Part shown: piece by piece, positions 20,258 to 29,599 of the stretch
Layout: the number at the start of each line of letters is the position of its first letter
Position numbering within the stretch: position 1 is the first letter of the stretch
From: an uncultured Actinomycetes bacterium
Lineage (GTDB): Bacteria > Actinomycetota > Thermoleophilia > UBA2241
Length of the DNA stretch: 64,000 nt
Direction of reading: 5' to 3'
Assembly: GCA_963725665.1 (NCBI GenBank)
Contig: CAVRZA010000011.1
Coordinates: 480,001-544,000 of the forward strand
Notes under the pieces: generated by a model
Database searches by the model: none
The model's input: only the letters and a program-made list of their open reading frames with translations
What the model was told of the DNA's origin: nothing
Position numbers and translations under genes: made by a program

Positions 20258-20841
20258 GTGCTCGTGACCGGCTGGTGAAGGCCGAGGAGAGCGTGCTGGC
20301 CGTCATCGACACGCAGCGTGAGTTCCTCGCGAAGCTGCCGCAGGGCGACGCCGAGCGTGTGGTCGAGCGCATCCGCTGGCTCGTCGGGGTCGCGCGGCTC
20401 CTCTCCATCCCCGTGGTCGTGAGCGAGGAGGAGCCGCACGCCAACGGTCCCACGGCGGAACGCATCGTCGAACGTCTCCCGGCCGGCACGCCACGGCTGG
20501 TGAAGCCGGTGTTTGACCTGACGGCGTGCCCCGAGATCGTGCGCGAGATCGAGGCGTCGGGCCGGCGCACTGTGGTCCTCGTGGGCCTCGAGACCGACGT
20601 CTGCGTCGCGCACTCGGCTCTCGGCCTGCTCGAGCTGGGCTACGCCGTGGCGGTCGTCGCCGACGCCACCGGCTCGCCCGGCGCGGCCCATCAGTTCGGC
20701 CTCGAGCGCATGCGCGACGCCGGCGTCGCCGTGCTCGGCGCGAAGAACCTCTACTACGAGTGGGTGCCCACGGTGGAGCGGGCGAACGACCTCGAGGAAG
20801 AGGTCCGGGCGCTCGGAGTGCCCGAGGGTGTGATCCTGTAG
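20254..20841 (+). CDS. Isochorismatase-family cysteine hydrolase
   Basis: VIDTQ, K and GLETDVCV give the Asp-Lys-Cys triad. Confidence 0.85.
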   Translation: MSARDRLVKAEESVLAVIDTQREFLAKLPQGDAERVVERIRWLVGVARLLSIPVVVSEEEPHANGPTAERIVERLPAGTPRLVKPVFDLTACPEIVREIEASGRRTVVLVGLETDVCVAHSALGLLELGYAVAVVADATGSPGAAHQFGLERMRDAGVAVLGAKNLYYEWVPTVERANDLEEEVRALGVPEGVIL

Positions 20842-20936
20842 ATGCGCGCCTTCTCTCGCGACGTGGGCGCGCGGGCTGCGGCAGGCAGTGCCGGGGCCGG
20901 CGGTGGCGACGGCGCGCAGGGTAAGGAGGACGACTG

Positions 20937-21992
20937 ATGACGACATCTCCGGAGGCCGCGCCGACGCCGCGCGGCGAGGGCTTCAGCATGCCGGCCGAGT
21001 GGGCGCCCCACGACCGCTGCCTGATCTCGTGGCCGGCCGCGGCGCGGGAGTACTGGGGCGAGTTCTACCTGCTCGCCCAGGCGACGCACGCCGCCGTGGC
21101 GCGCGCGGTGGCGCGGTTCGAGCCGGTGCTCGTCATCGCCAATCCCGGCGAGAGCGGCAACGCGCGCAGCTATTGCGGCTCCGACGTCGAGGTGATCGAG
21201 CTGCCCATCGACGACTCCTGGATCCGCGACAACGGGCCCTACTTCCTGCTCGGCCCGGGCGGCGCGCGCGCCGTCGCCGACTTCCCCTTCAACTCGTGGG
21301 GCGAGAAGTACCTGCCCTACGACAAGGACGCACGCGTCACCGAGCTCCTTTGCGAGCACTTCGGCGTGCGCCGGTTCGCGGCACCCATGGTGCTCGAGGG
21401 CGGCGCCTTCACGGTCGACGGCGAGGGGACGCTGATAACGACCGAGAGCTGCCTGCTGCACCCGACGCGCAACCCCCACCTGAGCCGCGAGCGCCAGGAG
21501 GAGATCCTGCGCGACTACCTCGGCGCCGAGAAGGTCATCTGGCTCAAGGCCGGGCGAACCGAAGCGACAGACACCGACGGCCACGTCGACGGTGTCTGTC
21601 ACTTCGTCGCGCCCGGCCGAGTCATCCTGCACATGGTGCGCGAGCCCGATCACGTCGACTACGACAACTTCCAGGAGAACCGCAGGCGGCTTGGCGAGGC
21701 GACCGACGCCCGCGGGCGATCCATTGAGGTCCTCGAGATGGATCGCCGCACGATGACGGACATCGGCGGCAAGCACCTGACGGTGACCTATGTGAACTCT
21801 TACCAGGCCAACGGTGGGCTGGTCGTGCCGACGGCGGGCACGGCCTACGACGAGCACGCCCTCGAGCGGTTGCGTGAGATCTTCCCCGCGCGGGAGGTGG
21901 TCGGCGTGCCGACGCCGGTGCTCGCGTACGGCGGCGGCGGCATCCACTGCATCACCCAGCAGGTGCCGGCCGCGGAGGCGGCGAGCGCGTAG
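20937..21992 (+). CDS. Agmatine deiminase family (paralog 3)
   Basis: MPAEW, DSWIRD, DTDGHVD, GGGGIHCITQQ. Confidence 0.9.
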   Translation: MTTSPEAAPTPRGEGFSMPAEWAPHDRCLISWPAAAREYWGEFYLLAQATHAAVARAVARFEPVLVIANPGESGNARSYCGSDVEVIELPIDDSWIRDNGPYFLLGPGGARAVADFPFNSWGEKYLPYDKDARVTELLCEHFGVRRFAAPMVLEGGAFTVDGEGTLITTESCLLHPTRNPHLSRERQEEILRDYLGAEKVIWLKAGRTEATDTDGHVDGVCHFVAPGRVILHMVREPDHVDYDNFQENRRRLGEATDARGRSIEVLEMDRRTMTDIGGKHLTVTYVNSYQANGGLVVPTAGTAYDEHALERLREIFPAREVVGVPTPVLAYGGGGIHCITQQVPAAEAASA

Positions 21993-22034
21993 TGGTGCGG
22001 CCCGCTGGAGACCGACGATCCGCAAGGGGAGAGG

Positions 22035-22793
22035 TTGGCTGACGCCGGCAGACAGTGGGCGGCGGAGGTGGGCGTCGAGCCCGCGCGGCGCGAGCTCGCG
22101 CCGACGGCCGAGCGCATCCTCAAGGCGGCGCGGAGAGTGCTTGTGAAGAAGGGCTACGCCGCCCTCACGATGCAGGAGATCGAGAAGGAGTCGGGCACGA
22201 ACCGTGCTCTCGTGCACTACTACTTCGGCAGCAAGGCCGGCCTGGTCGATGCGCTCGTCGAGACCCTGTTCGAGGATCCGGCCTTCGGGTACAGCGACGA
22301 GGTCATGCGGGCTCCCGAGGGTGAGCCGCGCCGCAGGGCGCTGCTCGCCTGGCTGCTGCGCATCGTCCGCGACCGTCGCTCCGCGCGTCTTCTCTACGAG
22401 CTGCTGCCGCACTTTCTGCGCTCGGCGAAGCTGCGCGCCCACGTCGCCGAGCTCTACGAGGCCTACCGCGAGTTCGACGGCCGCTGTCTCGCCTCGGGAG
22501 TCTCTAGCGTCGACCGGAGTGCCACGGAACGCCTGGGTGCGCTCAGCGTCGCCGTGGTCGAAGGGCTCGGGGTGCAGCTTGCCGTGGATCCACATGGCTT
22601 CGACGAAAGAGGCGCCTACGCCCTGTGGGAGGAGATGGTGGCCGCCTATCTCGAGCAGAAGGAGCGCGCGGCTCAGACGACCGGCGAGACCCACGGCAGT
22701 GGGATGCCGCTGGCTTGTGAGTCCGAGCGGCGCGCACGCCGCGCGCTGGCAGAGAAGCACGATGCAGAGCAGCGCGAAGGAGAGAAGGGATGA
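22035..22793 (+). CDS. TetR/AcrR family regulator
   Basis: RILKAA...GYAALTMQEI...ALVHYYFGSK HTH; start uncertain. Confidence 0.88.
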   Translation: MADAGRQWAAEVGVEPARRELAPTAERILKAARRVLVKKGYAALTMQEIEKESGTNRALVHYYFGSKAGLVDALVETLFEDPAFGYSDEVMRAPEGEPRRRALLAWLLRIVRDRRSARLLYELLPHFLRSAKLRAHVAELYEAYREFDGRCLASGVSSVDRSATERLGALSVAVVEGLGVQLAVDPHGFDERGAYALWEEMVAAYLEQKERAAQTTGETHGSGMPLACESERRARRALAEKHDAEQREGEKG

Positions 22794-23827
22794 TGCAGCG
22801 AGACGTGGGCCGTTCAGGTCGACTCCCCGGCTACGCGAAGTTTCGCGGGCGCCACTACCTCACCGATCAGGACTACACTCGGGAGGAGCTCCTCGAGCTG
22901 CTCGACCTCGCCGCCGCGCTCAAGTCACTCTGGCGCCGTCGCGTGCTCACGCCGTTTCTTCCCGGCAGGTCGCTGGCCATGATCTTCGAGCACCCGTCAA
23001 CGCGCACGCGCGTCAGTTTCGAGGCGGGTATGACGGAGCTCGGCGGCCACGCCCAGTACCTGCGTCCCGGTGAGATCCACCTGCCCGGGCGCGAGAGCAT
23101 CAAGGACACGGCCATCGTGCTCTCGCGCCTCTGCCACGCGATCATGGCGCGCACCGCGTATCACAGCTCCCTCATGGAGCTGGCCCGCTGGGCGACCGTG
23201 CCGGTCGTCAACGGCCTCACCGACGACTACGACCATCCGATCCAGTCGCTCACCGACGCCCTGACGATCCGGGAGACGGCCGGGCGCATCGAGGGCCTCA
23301 AGCTCGCCTTTCTGGGCAAGGTGAGCGATGCCATGGCGAGCTCCGTAGCGTTGACGTGCACGAAGCTCGGCATCGACGTCGTGCTCGCCGGCCCGGCGGA
23401 ACACCAGATGGCCCCCGAGATGCAGGCGCTGGCGCGCGCCAATTGCCTGCACAGCGGCGCCTCGCTCACGTTGACCGACGACCCCGTCGAGGCGGTCGCG
23501 GAGGCCGACTTCGTCTACACCGTCCTGTGGTGGTGGCTCGAAGAGGGGGAGGCGCGCGAGCAGCTGCGCCGTACCTACCGGCCGTTCCAGGTCAACGAGG
23601 AGCTGTGGGCGCAAGCGAAGCCGGGGGCGCGGTTCATGGACTGCCTGCCGGCGGTCCGCGGCGAGGAGGCCACGGACGCGATCATGGACGGCGAGATGTC
23701 GCTCTGCTTCGACCAGTCGGAGAACCGCAAGCACCTGCAGAAGGCGGTGCTGCTCGCCCTGATCGGCATCGACGGGCTGCCTGCCGACCCCGAGCTGCAC
23801 GACATCGGCCGGGCGCTGCTGACATGA
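22790..23827 (+). CDS. Putrescine/ornithine carbamoyltransferase-like enzyme (atypical)
   Basis: STRTRVSF, HPIQ, CLP, RGEE and QSENR; overall layout resembles putrescine transcarbamylase. Confidence 0.85.
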   Translation: MMQRDVGRSGRLPGYAKFRGRHYLTDQDYTREELLELLDLAAALKSLWRRRVLTPFLPGRSLAMIFEHPSTRTRVSFEAGMTELGGHAQYLRPGEIHLPGRESIKDTAIVLSRLCHAIMARTAYHSSLMELARWATVPVVNGLTDDYDHPIQSLTDALTIRETAGRIEGLKLAFLGKVSDAMASSVALTCTKLGIDVVLAGPAEHQMAPEMQALARANCLHSGASLTLTDDPVEAVAEADFVYTVLWWWLEEGEAREQLRRTYRPFQVNEELWAQAKPGARFMDCLPAVRGEEATDAIMDGEMSLCFDQSENRKHLQKAVLLALIGIDGLPADPELHDIGRALLT

Positions 23828-23862
23828 GGGCCCAGGGGTGAGTCACGACGCAAGGAGTCGGC

Positions 23863-24963
23863 ATGGCATCTGAGATCGCAGCTGGCGGGGGCGCCGCCCC
23901 CAGGACTCCGCGTGCCGACGGCCTGCGGCTGCCGGCACGCTTCGTCGCACATCAGCAGACCCTGCTCTCCTGGCCCTGCCGGGAGGATGTCTTCGGACCG
24001 CTCATGGAACGGGCGCGCGAGGAGTGGGCTGAGGTGGCGCGCGCCATCGCCCGCTTCGAGCCGGTCACGGTGATCGCGCGCCCAGAGGCGGTCGCTGAGG
24101 TCGCGGCCCTCTGCGGCTCCCAGGTCGAAGTCCTGCCCCTGCCCCTTGACGACTCGTGGATCCGCGACAACGGCCCCATCTTCGTGGCCGACGAGAAGGG
24201 TGCCGCAGCCGTCGTCGGCTTCGGCTTCGACGGGTGGAACGAACAGTTCACGCCCTACGACCAAGACGCGCTCGTGCCGGAGCGTGTCGCGGAGGCGCTC
24301 GGGGCGCGGTTCTATCGTGCGCCGTTCGTCCTTGAGGGCGGCGCCTTCAACACCGACGGCGAAGGCACCTTGCTCACCACCGAGCAGTGCCTGCTGCACA
24401 ACCGCAACCTGGGCATGTCGCGCCGCGACTACGAGGCGGCGCTGCGCGAGTGGCTCGGCGTCGAGACGATCGTGTGGTTGCCCTTCGGTCTCGCCGAGGA
24501 CTCGGGTCCTCTTTCGACGGCGGGGCACGTCGACGACGTGGCGCAGTTCATCGGACCGGGCGTCGTGCTCGCCCAGACCGCGCCGCCGGGCAACCCGAAT
24601 CACACTCGCCTGCTCGAGAACCTCGAGGTGCTGCGCGAGGCCCGCGATGCCGCCGGCCGGCGGCTGCAGGTCGTCGAGATGGAGCTGCTGCCGTATGTGG
24701 CCGGAGTCGGGTCGGGCCTCGCGGTGAGGGCGCCGGGAGCCGACAAGCTCATGCCGGCGCCCTACGTGAACCTGGTGTTCGTGAACGGCGGCGTGCTGCT
24801 GCCCCGCGTCGACGCCCTCGGTGAGGGCGAGGCCTACCGGATCATCGGCGACCTGCTGCCGGGCCGCGAGGTGGTCGGTCTGCCCGTCGAGATGTCGGCC
24901 TTCGGCGGCGGCGGGCTCGGCTGCATCACGCAGCAGGTGCCCGCCGGCCGGATCCTGGGCTGA
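23863..24963 (+). CDS. Agmatine deiminase family (paralog 4)
   Basis: DSWIRD, LEGG, TAGHVDD, GGGGLGCITQQ. Confidence 0.88.
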   Translation: MASEIAAGGGAAPRTPRADGLRLPARFVAHQQTLLSWPCREDVFGPLMERAREEWAEVARAIARFEPVTVIARPEAVAEVAALCGSQVEVLPLPLDDSWIRDNGPIFVADEKGAAAVVGFGFDGWNEQFTPYDQDALVPERVAEALGARFYRAPFVLEGGAFNTDGEGTLLTTEQCLLHNRNLGMSRRDYEAALREWLGVETIVWLPFGLAEDSGPLSTAGHVDDVAQFIGPGVVLAQTAPPGNPNHTRLLENLEVLREARDAAGRRLQVVEMELLPYVAGVGSGLAVRAPGADKLMPAPYVNLVFVNGGVLLPRVDALGEGEAYRIIGDLLPGREVVGLPVEMSAFGGGGLGCITQQVPAGRILG

Positions 24964-24967
24964 TACG

Positions 24968-26062
24968 GTGGCCCGCACGCTGACGTCCACGCCGCGCGCC
25001 GACGGCTTCCGCATGCCGGCGGAGTGGGAGCCGCACGCGGCCACGTGGCTGCTCTGGCCGCAGCGACCCGACGTCTGGCGGCAGGGCGGCAAGCCGGCGC
25101 AACGCGCCTTCGCTGAGCTGGCCGCGGCCGTCAGCCGCTTCGAGCCCGTGGCCGTGGGCGTCAACCACGACCAGTTCGAGAACGCCCGTCGCATGCTCCC
25201 CGCGCGGGTCCGCGTGCTCGAGGTGTCGAGCAACGACGCCTGGATGCGTGACTCAGGCCCGACCTTCGTGGTCGACGACCGCGGTGAGGTGCGCCTCGTC
25301 GACTGGCGCTTCAACGCCCACGGCTTCAGCCTGCCTGCCTGGGACAAGGACGACGCGGTCGCCGGCAAGATCGCCGAGATCGAGGGCGTCGACCGCTACC
25401 GTGCGCCGCTCGTCCTCGAGGGCGGATCGATCCACGTCGACGGCGAAGGGACGGTGCTCACCACGAGGGAGTGCCTGCTCAATCCCAACCGCAACCCCGA
25501 TCTTGCGCAGGAGCAGATCGAGGCGTTTCTCAAGGAGTACCTCGGGGCGAAAGTGGTGATCTGGCTGGATCGAGGCCTCGATCCGGACGTCACCTCTGGC
25601 CATGTGGACGACGTCGCCATGTTCGTTCGGCCGGGTGTCGTCGCCCTGGCGTGGGCCGACGATCGGCGCGACTGGCGTCACGAGATCATGGCCGAGAACC
25701 TGGAGATCCTGCGCGCGACGCGCGACGCGTGTGGCCGTGCGCTGGAGATCATCACGGTGCCGCTCCCGGCGGAGGTCGCGATCTCGGAGGAGGAGGCGTC
25801 CACCATCGACAGTGTAGAGGGCAGCCTGGCCCTTCCGGCCGGGTTCAAGCAGGCCGCCAGTTACATCAACTGCGTCCTCTGTAACGGAGGTCTGATCGTT
25901 CCGACCTTTGACGACCCGGCCGACGATGCGGCTGTCGCCGTTCTTCAGGGGCTCTTCTCCGATCGCCGGCTAGTGGCGCTGCCCGGCCGCGAGGTCGTGA
26001 TCGCCGGGGGCTGCTTCCACTGCGTGACGCAGCAGCAACCCGCCGGGCTGGAGCGACGGTGA
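24968..26062 (+). CDS. Agmatine deiminase family (paralog 5)
   Basis: RMPAEWEPH, DAWMRD, TSGHVDD, GGCFHCVTQQ. Confidence 0.9.
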   Translation: MARTLTSTPRADGFRMPAEWEPHAATWLLWPQRPDVWRQGGKPAQRAFAELAAAVSRFEPVAVGVNHDQFENARRMLPARVRVLEVSSNDAWMRDSGPTFVVDDRGEVRLVDWRFNAHGFSLPAWDKDDAVAGKIAEIEGVDRYRAPLVLEGGSIHVDGEGTVLTTRECLLNPNRNPDLAQEQIEAFLKEYLGAKVVIWLDRGLDPDVTSGHVDDVAMFVRPGVVALAWADDRRDWRHEIMAENLEILRATRDACGRALEIITVPLPAEVAISEEEASTIDSVEGSLALPAGFKQAASYINCVLCNGGLIVPTFDDPADDAAVAVLQGLFSDRRLVALPGREVVIAGGCFHCVTQQQPAGLERR

Positions 26063-26155
26063 GCGCCGTCGTCGCGCGACGACGGATCGCAGCTCAACGA
26101 ATAGTCGACGATCCTTCCGACAGGACCCGTCGCATCGACACGGGAAGGAGATGAG

Positions 26156-27037
26156 GTGGCCGGCACAGTGACGCTCGCGGCGACTCAGATGGCGTGTGGC
26201 TGGGAGCTTCCCGAGAACCTGGATCGTGCGGAGGGTCTGGTACGCCGGGCTGCGTCGCTCGGCGCACAGGTGGTGCTCCTCCAGGAGCTGTTTGAGACGC
26301 CCTACTTCCCGATCGGCCAGGACGCGCGGCACTTCGACCTTGCCCGTCCCTTCGCGGGCCACCCGACGGTCGAGCGCTTCAGGGCGCTGGCCGCCGAGCT
26401 CGGCGTGGTGCTGCCGGTGAGCTTCTTCGAGCGCGCGAACAACGCCTTCTTCAACGCTGTGGCTCTGGTCGACGCCGACGGCTCCGTGCTGGGCGTCTAC
26501 CGCAAGACGCACATCCCGCAGGCGCCCGGCTATCACGAGAAGTACTACTTCAGCCCCGGAGACACGGGGCCCACGGTCTGGAAGACGCGCTTCGGCCCGT
26601 TGGGCGTCGGCATCTGCTGGGACCAGTGGTTTCCCGAGAGCGCGCGCTGCATGGCGCTCATGGGGGCCGAGGTCCTGCTCTACCCGACGGCGATCGGCTC
26701 CGATCCTCCGGCCACCGACGGCCGATCTCGCGACGCCTGGCAGCGGGTGCAGCAGGGCCACGCCGCGGCCGACTTCATGCCCCTGGTGGCGTCGAACAGG
26801 ATCGGCATTGAGAGCGGCGGAGGCGCGAGCATCCGTTTCTACGGGTCCTCGTTCATCGCCGACCATACGGGCGCCGTGGTCGCTCAGGCGTCGGAGGACA
26901 CCGAGGAGGTCGTGACGGCCACCTTCGATCTCGACGCAGTGCGGTCCTACCGCGAACGCTGGTCCGTCTTCAGGGACCGCCGCCCCGAGCTCTACCACAC
27001 CCTTCTGACGCTGGGGGGAGAGACGGCCTCGACCTAG
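26156..27037 (+). CDS. aguB: N-carbamoylputrescine amidase
   Basis: QELFETPYF, YRKTHIP, EKYYFSPGD, ICWDQWFPE, YPTAIGS, RDRRP. Confidence 0.93.
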   Translation: MAGTVTLAATQMACGWELPENLDRAEGLVRRAASLGAQVVLLQELFETPYFPIGQDARHFDLARPFAGHPTVERFRALAAELGVVLPVSFFERANNAFFNAVALVDADGSVLGVYRKTHIPQAPGYHEKYYFSPGDTGPTVWKTRFGPLGVGICWDQWFPESARCMALMGAEVLLYPTAIGSDPPATDGRSRDAWQRVQQGHAAADFMPLVASNRIGIESGGGASIRFYGSSFIADHTGAVVAQASEDTEEVVTATFDLDAVRSYRERWSVFRDRRPELYHTLLTLGGETAST

Positions 27038-27110
27038 GTGCCCATGCGGGCGGCTGAAGGCGTGCCCGGGCAACGCGCCCGTCGTGTGCGGATGGCCGGC
27101 GAGAGTGGTT

Positions 27111-28013
27111 TCAGCTCAGCGTCTCGTACTGCTCGCCGAGGTACTCGAGGAAGGCCTGGACGGCCTTCGAGACGACCCTGGTGCGCGAATGCACGAAGTA
27201 GAAGTCGCGCTCGACGCGGAAGTCGTCGATGCGCACGACCGTCAGCGTCCCCTGCTCGACCTCGGTGCGCACGGCGAACTTGCTCAGGTAGCTCACGCCG
27301 GCTCCGGCCATCACAGCGTGCTTGGCCGACTCGTTGAGGCCCATCTCGAGGACGATGTTGAGGTCGCGCTCGGTGATGGAGCGCCGTTTGAGGTGCTCCT
27401 CCATCACCGAGCGTATGCCGGCTCCGCGCTGCTGCACGATGAGCGGCTCCTTGCGGAACTCCGCGAAGCTCACGTGCTCGCGCTTCGCCCAAGGGTGGTC
27501 GGGCGCGCAGATGATGACGATCTCGTCGCGGGCGAACGGGCGCACGGCGAGCTCTTTGCGATGCGAAAGAGCGCCGACGACCCCGACCTCGAGCTCTCGC
27601 GCTATGACCTCCTCGATGACGTCGTGCGTGTCCGTCACGCGCAGCGACACGCCGACCGCCGGGTGGCGCTCCTTGAAGCGCGTGATGAGCGCCGGCAGGA
27701 TGTGCTCGCCGGGTCCCGTCGAGGCGCCCACGCTGACGTGCCCGGCCATGAGGTCACCGAGGTTGGCGATCTCGACGCGCGCTTGGCCGACGAGGTCGAG
27801 GATGACCTTGGCGTGGTCGTAGAGCACCTTGCCCGCGTCGGTCGGCACGACGTCGCGACGGGAGCGATCGAGGAGCGTCGTCTGCAGGTCGCGCTCGAGC
27901 CCGCGGACCTGGAAGCTCGCCGCCGGCTGGGTGATGTCCATCTCCTCGGCGGCGAGGGAGAAGCTGCGCCGGTCCACGATACGGCAGAAAAGCTTGAGCT
28001 GACGCAGGTCCAT
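27111..28013 (-). CDS. LysR family regulator (CysL / selenium-metabolism-associated type)
   Basis: SFSLAA...TQPAAS...LE HTH; GASTGPGEHILP. Confidence 0.9.
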   Translation of the reverse strand: MDLRQLKLFCRIVDRRSFSLAAEEMDITQPAASFQVRGLERDLQTTLLDRSRRDVVPTDAGKVLYDHAKVILDLVGQARVEIANLGDLMAGHVSVGASTGPGEHILPALITRFKERHPAVGVSLRVTDTHDVIEEVIARELEVGVVGALSHRKELAVRPFARDEIVIICAPDHPWAKREHVSFAEFRKEPLIVQQRGAGIRSVMEEHLKRRSITERDLNIVLEMGLNESAKHAVMAGAGVSYLSKFAVRTEVEQGTLTVVRIDDFRVERDFYFVHSRTRVVSKAVQAFLEYLGEQYETLS

Positions 28014-28026
28014 AAGCGGAGCTTAT
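28012..28026. promoter_or_regulatory. Palindromic LysR-type box overlapping the LysR start and its -10
   Basis: ATAAGC-gga-GCTTAT (contains T-N11-A); minus strand TGaTAAGCT 6 nt before ATG. Confidence 0.55.
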
Positions 28027-28056
28027 CAGAGAGATGAAGGCGTGAGCGCGGCGCCG

Positions 28057-28647
28057 CTACAGGTCGGCGGCCAGCTTGTCGAGCCGCGCCTGCGCCTCTT
28101 CTTTGACGTCGCGGTAGATGCTGGCGCCGTGGCAGTCCATGGCGACGACGAGAGGGCCGAAGTCCTTGACGCGGAACTTCCACAGGCACTCCGGCATGAG
28201 GTCCTCCCAGTAGACCTCTTCGATCTCCTCGATCTGCGTCGTCTCGAGGGCGGCGGCGCCGCCGGTGACGGCGAGGTAGCAGCCGCCGAACTCGCGCAGC
28301 ACGGGGATCGAGTCGGGCAGCAGCCCCGCTTTGCCGATGATGGCGCGCACCCCGTAGTCACGCATGAGGCCCCGGGTGAAGCGGTCCATGCGCGTGCTCG
28401 TCGTAGTACCGATGCTGACCTTCTCGTAGCGGCCATCGGCGAGCTGGCGCACGCCGGGCGCCGTGTGGAGGAGCGCCGCCCCGGTCAGGTCCAGGGGCGG
28501 CTCGACTCCCTCGTCGAAGATGCGGATCTGGGTGGCGTCGCGAATGCCGATGATGTGCCCGTCGAGGCGCAGCTTCTGGCCGACACGCAGCTCACGCAGC
28601 GCGTCGAGATCGTCGAGCGGGAAGCGGACTCTCGTCTCCTCGGCCAC
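28057..28647 (-). CDS. Class I fumarate hydratase / tartrate dehydratase beta subunit
   Basis: RDA, GTTTSTRMD, IIGKAG, GGAAAL, MPECLW, DFGPL..AMD.HG. Confidence 0.88.
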   Translation of the reverse strand: MAEETRVRFPLDDLDALRELRVGQKLRLDGHIIGIRDATQIRIFDEGVEPPLDLTGAALLHTAPGVRQLADGRYEKVSIGTTTSTRMDRFTRGLMRDYGVRAIIGKAGLLPDSIPVLREFGGCYLAVTGGAAALETTQIEEIEEVYWEDLMPECLWKFRVKDFGPLVVAMDCHGASIYRDVKEEAQARLDKLAADL

Positions 28648-28656
28648 GGCGAGCTC

Positions 28657-29544
28657 CTAGAAACCCACGTCGAGCGCGCCGTCGGCGCGCACCCAGGCGC
28701 TCATGCGCCGAGCGGCCCAGCACTGAAAATTGACGGCCACCGGGTTCTGCGTGATGTGCGTGTGGGCGTTCTCGATGTTCACGGCAAGCACGGTGTTGTC
28801 GCCGCCCAGGCCCATCGGCCCGATGCCGAGTTGGTTGGCTGCCTCGAAGAGCTCGACCTCGAGCTCGTGGATGGCCGGGTCGGGGTTGGGCACGTCGATG
28901 GGGCGGAAGATGGCCTTCTTGGCGAGGGTGGTGACGAGGTCGCTAGTGCCGCCCAGGCCGACCCCCATGATGGTCGGCGGGCACGGGTTGGCGCCGGCGT
29001 CGACGACGCACTGCAGCACGAACTCTTTGACCGCCTTCACGCCCTGCGCCGGGGTCAGCATCCTCATGAAGCTCTGGTTCTCGGAGCCCGAGCCTTTGGG
29101 GACGATCGTGATCTTGAGCCCGTCGCCGGGCACGAAGTCGTAGTGCATCACAGGCAGGTGTGCTCCGGTGTTGGTCCCCGTGTGCTCGCGCGTGATCGTG
29201 TGCACGGAGTTGCTGCGCAGCGGGTGCTCTTTGGTCGCTCGCTCGGTGCCGGTGCGGATCGCGCGCGTGACCAGCGCCAGGTTCAGCGGGCAGTCCTCTC
29301 CGACCTCGAGCCAGTACACGACGGTGCCGGTATCCTGGCAGACGAGCATGTCGTGCTCGCCGGCGACGCCGATGTTCTTGAGGATGATGTCGAGGACCTC
29401 TTGCCCGTTGGGGTGGGTCTCGCGTCGGCGCGCGCGCTCGAGGGCGGCGGTCACGTCGGGCGGGATCGTCTTGAGCGAGTCGATGTAGAGGCGCTTGGCG
29501 GCCTCCTCGATGGCGCTGTAGACGTCGCTCTGAAGCTCTCGCAC
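28657..29544 (-). CDS. Class I fumarate hydratase / tartrate dehydratase alpha subunit
   Basis: CQDTG, PKGSGSEN, ANPCPP, LGIGPMGLGG, QCWAAR. Confidence 0.9.
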   Translation of the reverse strand: MRELQSDVYSAIEEAAKRLYIDSLKTIPPDVTAALERARRRETHPNGQEVLDIILKNIGVAGEHDMLVCQDTGTVVYWLEVGEDCPLNLALVTRAIRTGTERATKEHPLRSNSVHTITREHTGTNTGAHLPVMHYDFVPGDGLKITIVPKGSGSENQSFMRMLTPAQGVKAVKEFVLQCVVDAGANPCPPTIMGVGLGGTSDLVTTLAKKAIFRPIDVPNPDPAIHELEVELFEAANQLGIGPMGLGGDNTVLAVNIENAHTHITQNPVAVNFQCWAARRMSAWVRADGALDVGF

Positions 29545-29599
29545 CGGGGTCCTTCCTGCGGGCGTCAACGCGATACCTTACCCCGGCCGCGGGGCGGAG

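Noticed and set aside
26060-26155. Guanidine riboswitch before aguB or the deiminases
   Set aside because: Short hairpins exist but lack twin ACGR loops or ykkC consensus that I can recognise; an Rfam scan would settle it
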